Shown: piece by piece, positions 1-11,502 of the stretch
Position numbering within the stretch: the first letter of the stretch is position 1
How the letters are laid out: each line of letters opens with the position of its first letter
The notes under the pieces: model-generated
The model's input: only the letters and a program-made list of their open reading frames with translations
Databases searched by the model: none
Told to the model about the DNA's origin: nothing
Translations under genes and position numbers: made by a program
NCBI RefSeq assembly: GCF_018420025.1
Contig: NZ_JAEDAM010000030.1
Location: forward strand, 1 to 13,066
Source: Candidatus Vampirococcus lugosii
GTDB taxonomy: Bacteria > Patescibacteriota > Gracilibacteria > Absconditabacterales > Absconditicoccaceae
Direction: 5' to 3'
Length of the DNA: 13,066 nucleotides

Positions 1-2
1 AA

Positions 3-221
3 GAAATACATATTTGTGAAGAAAATGATATATTAAATTGATGTTATTCAGAAATCAAGATAGATTCTATTTCTGATAATTTAATTAGCATTATAATAAA
101 AAATTGAAAAATAATTGATTTTAATACAGTATGCAAAAAAGGCAAGGGCAAGAGTATTGAAGTAGAAAAAAATCTATTTTTGATAAATAAAGGGAATAGT
201 TGATTTATTTTAAGATTTTAG
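3..221 (+). CDS. 3' end of an unidentified CDS entering from the left edge (72 codons under table 25)
   Basis: Frame 3 is open from the window edge to TAG at 219-221, with 4 in-frame TGA read as Gly. Translation ends ...NGKIIDFNTVCKKGKGKSIEVEKNLFLINKGNSGFILRF. The other two plus frames stop at 34-36 and 77-79. No family recognised. Confidence 0.4.
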
Positions 222-260
222 ATTAAAAGTTAAAGATTTTAGATTAAAAGTTAAAGATTT
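213..260. repeat. 21-nt direct tandem repeat AGATTTTAGATTAAAAGTTAA, two exact copies plus a 6-nt partial third
   Basis: Exact copies at 213-233 and 234-254, followed by AGATTT at 255-260. The first copy spans the TAG stop at 219-221 of the partial CDS. Confidence 0.85.
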
Positions 261-440
261 ATTACAAGAATATACATTAAATACATTATTAACTAAATTA
301 AAAAATATAAGTAAAGTTTACTTTAAAATAGATAATATATAAATAAAGTAGAATAAATAAATGAGCTTCAAGAAAAAAATTTAAATTATTTAAAATAAGA
401 TTATAAAATTTATGTAGTACATAAAAATATTTTTATATTA

Positions 441-480
441 TTCTAAATCCTTGTTTAAATCAAGGATTTAGAAATTTTAC
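441..480 (+). terminator. Hairpin terminator candidate (13-bp perfect stem, 7-nt loop)
   Basis: TTCTAAATCCTTG (441-453) pairs perfectly with CAAGGATTTAGAA (461-473). The loop is TTTAAAT and the hairpin is followed by ATTTTAC. It lies 220 nt downstream of the nearest stop codon, so which transcript it ends is unclear. Confidence 0.55.
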
Positions 481-649
481 TCTATAAAGATTAGTTATTC
501 TTTTTTAAACTAATTTTATTAATATTTTCTATTTAATTATCTATTAAATCAACAAATATTTATTATAATTGAAATATAAAAGTTTGTTTATGATTAAAAA
601 TTAAAAACTTAATATTAAAATATATTTTTTAAATATATAATATTAAATT

Positions 650-961
650 ATGAAGAAAATAAATGAAGATTTTGTTTGTGCTAAATGTTGAAAATATGTT
701 CCTATTGCCAAAATTTCTTGTAGGAATCATTGTCCTTATTGTTTTACAAGTATGCATCTGGATCAAAAAATTCCTTGAGATAGAAAAAGTGAATGTAAAT
801 GAGAAATGTTTCCTATAGAGTATAAATTATCTAATTGAGAAATTAAAATTTTATTTAAATGTAAAAAATGTTCTGATATACATTGGAATAAATCAAATAT
901 AGATGATGAAATATCTTGTTTGGATGAATATATTAAAAAATATTATATAGAATTTATTTAA
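650..961 (+). CDS. Small Cys-rich RNHCP-domain protein (103 aa), probable zinc-binding, function unknown
   Basis: ATG at 650, TAA at 959-961, 4 in-frame TGA=Gly. Translation MKKINEDFVCAKCGKYVPIAKISCRNHCPYCFTSMHLDQKIPGDRKSECKGEMFPIEYKLSNGEIKILFKCKKCSDIHWNKSNIDDEISCLDEYIKKYYIEFI. It has the literal C-R-N-H-C-P-Y-C motif plus CxxC pairs, as in the Pfam RNHCP family (recognised from memory, not searched). Confidence 0.75.
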
Positions 962-1055
962 ATCATATTAAAAATTTTTTATTTTTCTTATTTGAAATAT
1001 GCTAGGGTAGTGGTTTTTATCTTAAAAATATGATAAAAAATATAATTTCAAATAT

Positions 1056-1084
1056 TTGACATAATACAATTTTATCAATATAAT
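1056..1084 (+). promoter_or_regulatory. Perfect consensus sigma70-type promoter TTGACA-17 nt-TATAAT
   Basis: TTGACA at 1056-1061, a 17-nt spacer at 1062-1078, TATAAT at 1079-1084. This sits 44 nt upstream of the ATG at 1129. TATAAT alone is common by chance in AT-rich DNA; the full TTGACA plus exact spacing is less so. Confidence 0.6.
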
Positions 1085-1128
1085 ATTTTATTATTATTAT
1101 AAATAATTTTATTTATTCAAAAATAAAA

Positions 1129-2607
1129 ATGGAAAATTTTGTACAAAGATTAAATGAGTTGCAAGATAAAACAAGTCAATTTGATGATGAAGAAAAAAAA
1201 GATAATTTTAATAAAAAAATTGATAATTTAAAAGAAAAAATTGATAATTGAAATGAAATAAATAATGAAGAAATTGAAGAAGAAATTGAAAGAATGGAAA
1301 CTGAATTGAAAGATATAGAACAAGAAAAAGAAAAAGAGAAACAAGAATTAAGTAAAGAAACTAAAGATCAATTGGAAATATTATCTAGTTCAATAGAAGC
1401 TAATAATTTAATAGAATCTTGAGCAAAAATAAAAATTGCAGATAGTATAGATTTAGATTTGCAAGAAACAAAAGATAAAACTAGAAAAATAACATTTTTG
1501 GAAAAAACATTAAGATCCTTTTGAGATATATGAAAATTTATATCAAATGTTTTGTGGGGCAAAACTAAACAAGAAAATATTGATAGTAAAAATGATAATG
1601 AGAAAATAAGTGAACTTTTGGAAAAAAAATGATTTGCTGATAATACTGATATAATTAAATGAACTTTTAATATAATTAATCAAGTACCCTTTGACAAATT
1701 TATGAAAGAAATAAATAATGAAAATAATTCTATTGCTGATATTCAAGTTTATATTGATACTTATTTATCTTCAAAAGAAGAACCTGAAAACTTGAATTTT
1801 AATCAAAAAAATTTTTTGGAAAAATATATTACATTGATAAGATTAAATAAAGATTATATAAATGAAAATATGAAAGAAAAAAATCATAAATATACAATTT
1901 CTGATATCAATGATAAATTATTTTCAATATGAACCAGTCAAGCTGTTTTTAATGAATGAACTACAATTATAGATTGGAAAGATTATTACAAAAAAGAAGA
2001 ATGAAAAAAATATAATAGACCAAATTCAACATCAAATTGATCACAATTGTATGCAAATGAAATTTATATTGATAATTATGAAAGTTTGCAAAATCTTACA
2101 TTAGAACAAATACGAAATCTTGATGAACAAAATATATTAGATATACTAGATTATAGTATACAAGATTCAATTAAAAATTCTTGAAATGCTTTACCTATCA
2201 ATATTTCTTATTTTAAAGATCAAGAAAAACAAAAAGCTTATGAAAAATTAGCTTGAGAAAAAAATATAGAAATACCAAATCAAATTAATTTTAATGATAA
2301 TTATCAACTTGTTATTTGACAAAATAATTATATCATGAAATATGAATGGAATTCAATTAATCCATTTAAATCACGAGAACGATATCAAGCAAAACCAAAT
2401 GATTGATACCAAATGTGATTTGAAAACGATAATTGAACTATAAATATTAATCTTGATGCAGAAATATGATGAAATTATAGTTATAGAATTGATTACAATA
2501 AATTTTCTGAAACAGTATCATCACTTATTTATAATTGAAATTATGAATTAACTTGATTAGATGCTCATAATAGAATATGAAATAAAATTAAATTTATGAA
2601 AACATAA
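1129..2607 (+). CDS. Hypothetical protein, 492 aa: N-terminal charged coiled-coil-like region, C-terminal Gly/Asn/aromatic-rich region
   Basis: ATG 1129 is the first start after the in-frame TAA at 1081-1083. The frame was checked codon by codon to TAA at 2605-2607 and contains 21 in-frame TGA. The standard-code ORF 1702..1932 is an internal fragment in the same frame. The protein starts MENFVQRLNELQDKTSQFDDEEKKDNF and ends NYELTGLDAHNRIGNKIKFMKT. No family recognised. Confidence 0.8.
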
Positions 2608-2615
2608 ATAAAAAT

Positions 2616-2641
2616 AATCCAGAATTTAATCTGGATTTTTA
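2616..2641 (+). terminator. Rho-independent terminator candidate after the 492-aa CDS
   Basis: AATCCAGA (2616-2623) pairs with TCTGGATT (2630-2637). The loop is ATTTAA, a T-run follows (2637-2640), and the hairpin is 9 nt after the stop codon. Confidence 0.65.
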
Positions 2642-2743
2642 TATATTAATAAAATATTTTTTTGCGATATATAAAAAAATCTATATACTAATAATTAAAG
2701 TGTATTTTTGATTTTTTTTATATGTTAAAATAGTCTAAAACTA

Positions 2744-5700
2744 ATGCATAATTTCTTAAATAAAATATTTTGGTTTATATTAATATTATTTATATTGATT
2801 TTTTTATTTTTATCTAATGAATTTGAAGGTCTTTGATTTATTGTTATTATTATTTTAATAACATTAAAATTAACTTATTTTTCAAAAGAAAATATAGAAA
2901 AACAAATTAAAGAATATAAAAATAATATTAAACAAGAAATAATAAATGAGTTAAATATTGAAATAAATAATTCTACATATACAAAAGAACAAGAAACTAC
3001 AGTTGATAAAGAACAAGAAGAATATGTTGATAATCAAAATATTAATTATGATAATTCTTTTGCTGAAACAAAAGAAAATATATTGACAAATAATAATATT
3101 AAAAATAATAATTTAGACAATAGTATAAAAGATAATAATTTAGATAATAATTCTTTTGCTGAAACAAAAGAAAATATATTGATAAATAATGATATAAAAG
3201 ATAATAATTTAGACAATAGTATAAAAGATAATAATTTATCTATATCTGAAATAGATGAAAATGAAAAAGATGAAAATGAAAAAGATGATAATTTAACATT
3301 AGATCTTAAAATAAAATATTCTATAAAATCATTTTTTTCAACAAATATAATGGCAAAGATATGATGAATACTTTTGTCATTATGATTATTGTTTTTTATG
3401 AGTTTAATTTATACTTATTTAAATGATTTTGCAAAAATAATTATATGATTTTCATTCTGATTTATTTTATTTTTATGAGCTTTTTATTTATGAAAAAAAT
3501 GATATTCACTTGAAAGTAAAATATTATTTTGAGTTTCAATTCTTATAAATTATATTGTTATACTTTCTGGTAGATTTATATTGGGTTGAGAAGATTGATA
3601 TTTATGACCTATTCTAACTTTTATTTTATTATTAATGAATACATGATTTTCTGTATATATATCATATACTATAAAATCAAATAATATTTTATTATTTTCA
3701 ATATTTTTTGCATATATTATTCCATTTTTAATTTGATGAGAAGATAGTGCAAATAATATTTTATTAATTATTATATATTCTGTATTTATAAGTTTAGCTT
3801 CATTAGCTTCTTCATATATTAAAAATAAAAATTGAGAAGAATGAACTAGTATTGTATTAAATTATTTTAGTATCATATTATGATCATTGCTTATATTAAC
3901 TACTTCCATTTCTACAAGTCATGAATATTTATTTATATTACAGCTTTTGTGATTTAATTTAATTGTATTTTTAAATATATATTTTGCATATACTAATAAT
4001 TACAAAAAACATATTATAAATATGTTTGTAGCATCTTTTGTATTATTATTATTATTTTTAATTGTTTGAGTTTCTTCCCTTTGAGAATGAATTCAAAATA
4101 TATGGATTATATTATCATATGTATTTTCATTATTTTGAATAAATATATTTATATTGTATTTAGTTTTATCTTGATTTATTGTTTGACAAATTATTTATTT
4201 GTTTTATGTTTCTTTATTTCTTTTCTTTGTATTTGTATTAAGTTTTAATAATTTATTGTTTTTTTATTTTATATTCCCATTGATTCTATTTTTAAAATTT
4301 TTGATATTGTATTTAATATTTTATAAATCTTGAAAAAAAACTCAATTTTATATATTTATTATATTAATATGAGTTTTCATATTATATAATAATTGATATT
4401 TATTTATGAATAATTCATATGAAATAACATTGATTAATTATTTTATGATATTTTTTACTTCATTAATATATTTACTATTTTCATACTTTTTTTCTTTCAA
4501 AAAATGATATAATTTTTTATATGTTTTATGAACTTATTTTTTCATAGCTATTTTTACACCTTTTATAGATTATGAATCTAGCAATATTATTTATACTTTA
4601 TTCTTTATAATAATTTTTAATATACTTAGTTTCTCTCTTCCTATTTTTAATAAAAATTTGATAGAATATAATATATACAGTCTTATCAAATGACTTTTGG
4701 TTTCTATATTGTATGTTATATTTTCATATTATGAATTACGAAATTCTTTTTGAATTTCTATTAATTTTTGATATTTTGTTATTTTAATTTCAATTATATG
4801 TTTTATAATTTGATATTATATTAGTATCAAAAATAATATAAATATACTCTCTAATGAGAAACTAGAAGAAAAACAAGAAAATATAAGAAATTCTTCGTAT
4901 TTATATATTTTTAGTTCAGTTCTTATATTTATGCTTTCAATTATTATTATTTTTTCTGATAATATATATTGAATTGATGCTTTTGCACGGCTTTGTATAT
5001 CATCTATTGTATTTTTACTTTATAGTAGAACTTCTATACATAAATTATTAGTTTTTTGAATAATAATTTTTACTATGTGAATAATAAAATATTTTGCATC
5101 TCTTTGAGAAATTGTAAATAGTTCTTCATATGAAATATATTATATTTTTTCATTTTTAATTATATTGTTAATTCTTTATATAAATATAATAAAAACTAAA
5201 AAAGCAAAAGATAATTATCTTTATTATATATATTTTCTTCATTTTTTATGAATATTAATTACATATGGTGGAATATATGTTATTTTAAATTCGTATTTTG
5301 ATGTTAATTTATTAGTTTATTTATGAATTGTTAATTTAATTTCATATATATCATATAAAGAATTAAATTTTCCTTTATTATTAAAAGTTAATTGATTTAT
5401 TATTTATATGATAACTTTTTTTCAATTATTTATAACAAATTTAATAAATCCATATTTTTATAATTATATATTTACATTAATTATTTTAATAATATCATTT
5501 TTAGATATTTATTATTACAAATTAAAATATAAATATTTAACATATATATTAATAATATATATATTATTAATATCTTCAATTTATATATATAACATTGTTG
5601 GTAATCATATTGCACTAACTATATATTGGTGATTAATATCTTTATTTTCTATATATTATTGATTTATTTTTATGAATCCTATATATAGATCTTTTGGTTT

Positions 5701-5893
5701 ATTGATTATTTCAATTACTATTACTAAAATGTTAATGTATGATATATGGGCTAATTTAGATAATTGAGTTATAAGAGTTTTTGCATTTATGTTAATATGA
5801 AGTATAATGATATATTTATCAATGTTATATTGAAAATATAAAATATCTGCAAAATCTGATTTCAATATACTGATAGATAAGTTAAAAAATTAG
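2744..5893 (+). CDS. DUF2339-like giant polytopic membrane protein (1049 aa) with an N-terminal Asn/Asp/Lys-rich low-complexity insert
   Basis: ATG 2744 is the first start after the in-frame TAA at 2726-2728. The frame was verified codon by codon to TAG at 5891-5893 and contains 47 in-frame TGA by hand count. Layout: N-terminal TM helix (FWFILILFILIFLFL), about 170 aa of charged low-complexity sequence, then many hydrophobic segments. The C-terminus RSFGLLIISITITKMLMYDIWANLDNGVIRVFAFMLIGSIMIYLSMLYGKY resembles the conserved DUF2339 C-terminal motif (from memory). The standard-code ORFs 3083..3364 and 5408..5632 are in-frame fragments. Confidence 0.8.
3053..3238 (+). repeat. In-frame 96-nt (32-codon) tandem duplication inside the DUF2339-like CDS
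   Basis: Copy 1 (3053-3148) encodes NSFAETKENILTNNNIKNNNLDNSIKDNNLDN. Copy 2 (3149-3238) encodes NSFAETKENILINNDIKDNNLDNSIKDNNL. There are only a few substitutions between them. Just downstream, GATGAAAATGAAAAA is repeated twice (DENEKDENEK). Confidence 0.85.
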
Positions 5894-6014
5894 TTTAAAT
5901 ATAAAAAATATAATCAAAAAAACTTGTAATAAACTAAAATATATCAAATTGTATTTTGTATCATTTTTTGTGTTAAATATATTATATATTTTCTCAAAAT
6001 TAGTTAATTTTCTC

Positions 6015-6042
6015 TTGAATTTTTCAATAGCATCTATATAAT
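6015..6042 (+). promoter_or_regulatory. Candidate dnaK promoter TTGAAT-16 nt-TATAAT
   Basis: TTGAAT at 6015-6020 and TATAAT at 6037-6042, with a 16-nt spacer, about 60 nt upstream of the dnaK ATG. A short inverted repeat TATCAT-N3-ATGATA at 6051-6065 follows. The AT-rich background makes this weak evidence. Confidence 0.4.
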
Positions 6043-6101
6043 ATAGGTGCTATCATAAGATGATATGATAAATTATTTACATTTTAAAAAATAAATAAAT
6101 T

Positions 6102-8012
<1,911 letters not shown>

Positions 8013-8024
8013 TATATTAAATAT

Positions 8025-8058
8025 AAAAAAGAATTGTATTAATTTACAATTCTTTTTT
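8025..8058. terminator. Bidirectional hairpin terminator shared by convergent dnaK and rsmE
   Basis: AAAAAAGAATTGTA (8025-8038) pairs perfectly with TACAATTCTTTTTT (8045-8058); the loop is TTAATT. The A-run and T-run arms give a U-tract on either strand. It starts 13 nt after the dnaK stop, and its right arm overlaps the rsmE stop codon (8057-8059). Confidence 0.7.
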
Positions 8059-8782
8059 AATATATAAAATTTTTTAAAATCCAAGAAGAAACTATAATTC
8101 ATGTTTCTGCTCTCAAAACACTATTTCATAAAGAAATTTTCTTATAATTAAATTTTTCTAATATTGAATAATCATAATTTGAAAATCATCATTCTGGACC
8201 ACATATTCCCCATAAATTTTTTTTATCAAAATTTGATTTTTCAATATTTATTAAATCAATTCCCCCAAAATCAAATATACATAAACTTATATCTTCCAAA
8301 AAATCTAATAAATTATCTATTTTTTTTATTTTTGGTAATGCAAACATTCAACTTTGTTGTACTGCATCTATTGATATTTTTTTAAATTTTTCAAATTTTT
8401 TATCTGAAATATTTTTTATTTGACTATTTGAAGATTTCCAAAAAATAATATTTTCTATTCATATCTCAGTTAATTTTTGGACTATTAAATCCATTTTATC
8501 AAAATTATTTAGTATTGGAACTAAATATCAAGATTTTTTTTGTAAAATATTTATTTTTTGACAAAAAGTAATTTTTGCAATTATTTCATCTTTCTTAATT
8601 TCATATAATATTACTGTATATACATTTATATTACTTAATTCTCAATAAAAAAAAGGTTTATGAATTTGAAATTCATATCCAGATTTAGCTCTAAGAACAT
8701 TTTTAATTTTATTAACAACATTTAAATCTCAAATATAAATATAATTATTTTTTTTATCAAAACTAGTTATAAATTTTTGCAT
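8057..8782 (-). CDS. rsmE: 16S rRNA (uracil1498-N3)-methyltransferase RsmE, 241 aa
   Basis: Hand translation from ATG (8782) to TAA (8057-8059) gives MQKFITSFDKKNNYIYIGDLNVVNKIKNVLRAKSGYEFQIHKPFFYGEL. The C-terminal part, LWGICGPEGGFSNYDYSILEKFNYKKISLGNSVLRAETGIIVSSWILKN, matches the RsmE IGPEGGF...LG.RILRAETA signature. There are 9 in-frame TGA, including both glycines after PE in PEGGF. Confidence 0.85.
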
Positions 8783-8790
8783 ATTATTTT

Positions 8791-9240
8791 TTATTTTTCT
8801 ATAGATTTATCTATTTTTTCTGATGATGATGCCAAACTAGCAATAATTATTTTTCAATCTATAAACTTATATATAGGTATAATAAAAAGTCTAATTAATA
8901 AAAGAATAGCAATAAAATAGAATATAAAAACATATTCAAAATCTTCTCAAAAATCTTCTATTCAAAAATAGTCAACAAATATAATATATGAAATTATTAT
9001 ATTCATAATCTCCAAAAGAATAAGTACAGTTCAATCATCATTAAAATTTCTTATATACTTAATATATTCTTTTGTTATATTTATTTTAGAAACTTTTTTC
9101 TTATATTTTTGAAATATTTCATTTCAAGGATAATATTTATTTGCAAAATTGACCAAATTTTTACATCTAATATAATCTTTATCTTGCCAAGATTTTTTTA
9201 TCATTTGTTCCAAATTCATTTCATGTACTGGATTTTTCAT
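8791..9240 (-). CDS. Small membrane protein, paralog A (149 aa): about 70-aa soluble N-domain plus two predicted TM helices
   Basis: ATG at 9240, TAA at 8791-8793, frame checked codon by codon. The N-terminal part is MKNPVHEMNLEQMIKKSWQDKDYIRCKNLVNFANKYYPGNEIFQKYKKKVSKINITKEYIKYIRNFNDDG. The rest is TVLILLEIMNIIISYIIFVDYFGIEDFGEDFEYVFIFYFIAILLLIRLFIIPIYKFIDGKIIIASLASSSEKIDKSIEK. It ends 8 nt before the rsmE start. No family recognised. Confidence 0.75.
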
Positions 9241-9318
9241 CTAATATGTTTAATATGAATAAACTATTTAATTTAAAAAATTCTATTTTTATATAAAATA
9301 TATTAAAAAACTAAAATT

Positions 9319-9714
9319 TTAATAACTTAAAACTTTTTTTCAATAAATAATATTATAAATAGAAAAAATATTAAATCTAATTAATAAAAGAATAGCAATA
9401 AAATAAAATATAAATGTATATTCAAAATTTTCTATTCAAAAAAATTTAATAAATATTAGATATGTAAAATATATACTAATAACTTCCAAAATAATAAATA
9501 AAATTCAATTATCATTAAAATTTCTTACATATCTAATATATTCTTTTTTTATATTTATTTTAGAAATTTTTCTTTTATATTTTTGTCATATTTCATTTCA
9601 AGGATAATATTTATTTGCAAAATTGACTAGATTTTTGCATCTAATATAATCTCTATTTTTCCAAGATTTTTTTATCATTTGTTCCAAATACATTTCTTGT
9701 ACTGGATTTTTCAT
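9319..9714 (-). CDS. Small membrane protein, paralog B (131 aa), tandem duplicate of 8791..9240
   Basis: ATG at 9714, TAA at 9319-9321, frame checked codon by codon. The N-terminal part is MKNPVQEMYLEQMIKKSWKNRDYIRCKNLVNFANKYYPGNEIGQKYKRKISKINIKKEYIRYVRNFNDNG. The rest is ILFIILEVISIYFTYLIFIKFFGIENFEYTFIFYFIAILLLIRFNIFSIYNIIYGKKVLSY. 58 of the first 70 residues are identical to paralog A. Confidence 0.75.
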
Positions 9715-9740
9715 TTTATTTATAAATTATTATAAATAAA

Positions 9741-10733
9741 TTATTTTATTTTAGAAATCTTAATTTTTTCATCTAACTGATCTTGAACAGATTTTAATAA
9801 CTTAGGACTTTCTTTTAATAAATTTGAAAGATTTTCTTTTCATTGTACTTTTTTGTCTCATACTGAATAAAATGCTCCTGATCTTTGAATTATATCAAAA
9901 AACATAGCAGCATCCAATAGATCAGACATTTTATCAATTCATTGATTAAATTTAACAGTTATTTCAGCAGTTTTAAATGGAGGTGAAATTTTATTTTTAA
10001 CAACTTTAATTTTAGCTTTATATCATATTTGTTCTTTATCTTCTTCTATCTTTTCTCACCTTCTAATTTCTATTCTTTGAGATGCAAAAAATTTAAGTGC
10101 ATTTCATCCAGATGTAACTTCAGGACTTCAAAATATAACACCTATTTTACTCCTTATTTGATTAATAAAAATAACAGTAGTACCAGTTTTGGAAAGAACT
10201 CAAGCTAATTTTCTTAAACCTTGTGACATAAGTCTTGCTTGTAATCACATATGACTGTCTCCCATATCTCATTCTATTTCAGCTTTTGGAACTAATGCTG
10301 CAACACTATCAATAACTATTAATTTAATAATTCATGTTTGTGCCAATTCTTGTGCAATTTGTAAAGCTTGTTCACCATAATCAGGTTGTGATAAAAGTAA
10401 ATCATCAGTTTTTACTCATAATTTTTTTGCATATTCTGGATCCAAAGCATGTTCTGCATCAATAAATGCAGCCATTTCTCATTTTTTTTGTATTTCTGAA
10501 ATGGCATGTAATGCAAATGTTGTTTTACCACTACTTTCAGGTCAATAAATTTCAACAATCCTACCATGAGGATAACCACCACCAACTATAGTATTCATAA
10601 TATATGATCATGTAGAAAATGTACTTATCTTACCATAATCAATATTGTCTCATAATCTCATTATAGATCATTTTCAAAATTCTTTTTCAATACTTTTGAA
10701 TGCATCAGTTAATATTTGTTTTTTATCTGTCAT
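9741..10733 (-). CDS. recA: Recombinase RecA, 330 aa
   Basis: The translation starts MTDKKQILTDAFKSIEKEFGKGSIMRLGD. It contains [28 protein letters not shown] (Walker A), [99 protein letters not shown] and KVVKNKISPPFKTAEI. About 18 in-frame TGA all fall at conserved RecA glycines. Length is 993 nt and it ends at TAA (9741-9743). Confidence 0.97.
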
Positions 10734-10761
10734 AATTATTATTTAATTTATAAATTTAACA

Positions 10762-11448
10762 CTATGATTGTTCTTTATGTGAATTTGGATTATTAACTTT
10801 GAATAATAAAGATACTATTTCATTTATATCTAATTTTTCACAAAATAATCAAATTCACTTCAATCATTCTTCAACTATATTTGTTCTTACATCCAAATGT
10901 TTTTTATTCTTTACAAAATTTCTATATCTACTTACAACTTTTTCTGGATTTTCTTTTGAATCTAAAACATCCATCAATTTTTTCCACCAAGGCTTAGATA
11001 TTTCTTGAGTATCATTAGCACCATGATAATAAGGTATTATCACATAAAATTCTTTAGTATATATTAATCATTGATTAGAATTTATTTTTTCAAGATAATT
11101 ATAATATTCTTTACCTTGTCGTTTCAAAACATCATTTTCAATTCCATCAATTTTTTCTTCAATGAAAGAAATGTAATCAGTAAGATCAAGATAAGTACTG
11201 CGAGCTAATATTTGTATAGAAAAATCTAATCAATTTATAAATCTTTTGTACTGTTCTATAACTACTTGTTGTTCATCATAATTTCTAAGATCAAGATTTA
11301 ATCAAAAGACTTTAATAATAGATCTTAATCATCAATCTTTTAATATAACTACATTATTTCTTATCTCTGATATATCCAATAGATTCTCTGTATTAAATTG
11401 ATTTTCATTTTGTTTAGATTTTTTAATTTTTTTAGCTTCGTCATACAT
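10762..11448 (-). CDS. Hypothetical protein (228 aa) resembling the N-terminal non-ATPase region of VirB4/TraE-type (Gram-positive style) conjugation ATPases; no ATPase domain present
   Basis: ATG 11448 is the first start after the in-frame TAA at 11455-11457. TAG is at 10762-10764 and the frame was checked codon by codon. Translation: MYDEAKKIKKSKQNENQFNTENLLDISEIRNNVVILKDGGLRSIIKVFGLNLDLRNYDEQQVVIEQYKRFINGLDFSIQILARSTYLDLTDYI...KEFYVIIPYY...GLFCEKLDINEIVSLLFKVNNPNSHKEQS. The CDS call is solid. The family resemblance is pattern recognition from memory only. Confidence 0.75.
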
Positions 11449-11502
11449 TTTTAATTATACAATCTTTTTAATATAAAATTAACAAAACTTTTATCAAACA
11501 TA

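Noticed and set aside
990-1020. A G-rich patch (TGCTAGGGTAGTGGTTTTT) and other small G/C islands as possible tRNA or small structured RNA genes.
   Set aside because: None has a roughly 75-nt cloverleaf-compatible context, acceptor-stem complementarity or T-loop-like GTTCRA motif. The patches are too short.
5894-6101. CIRCE heat-shock operator upstream of dnaK.
   Set aside because: No sequence resembling TTAGCACTC-N9-GAGTGCTAA is present. Only a 6-bp AT-rich inverted repeat is there, which is too weak to call.
8791-9714. The duplicated 474-nt block as an insertion sequence or other mobile element.
   Set aside because: There is no transposase, integrase or terminal inverted repeat. Both copies encode intact paralogous small membrane proteins, so this is a tandem gene duplication.
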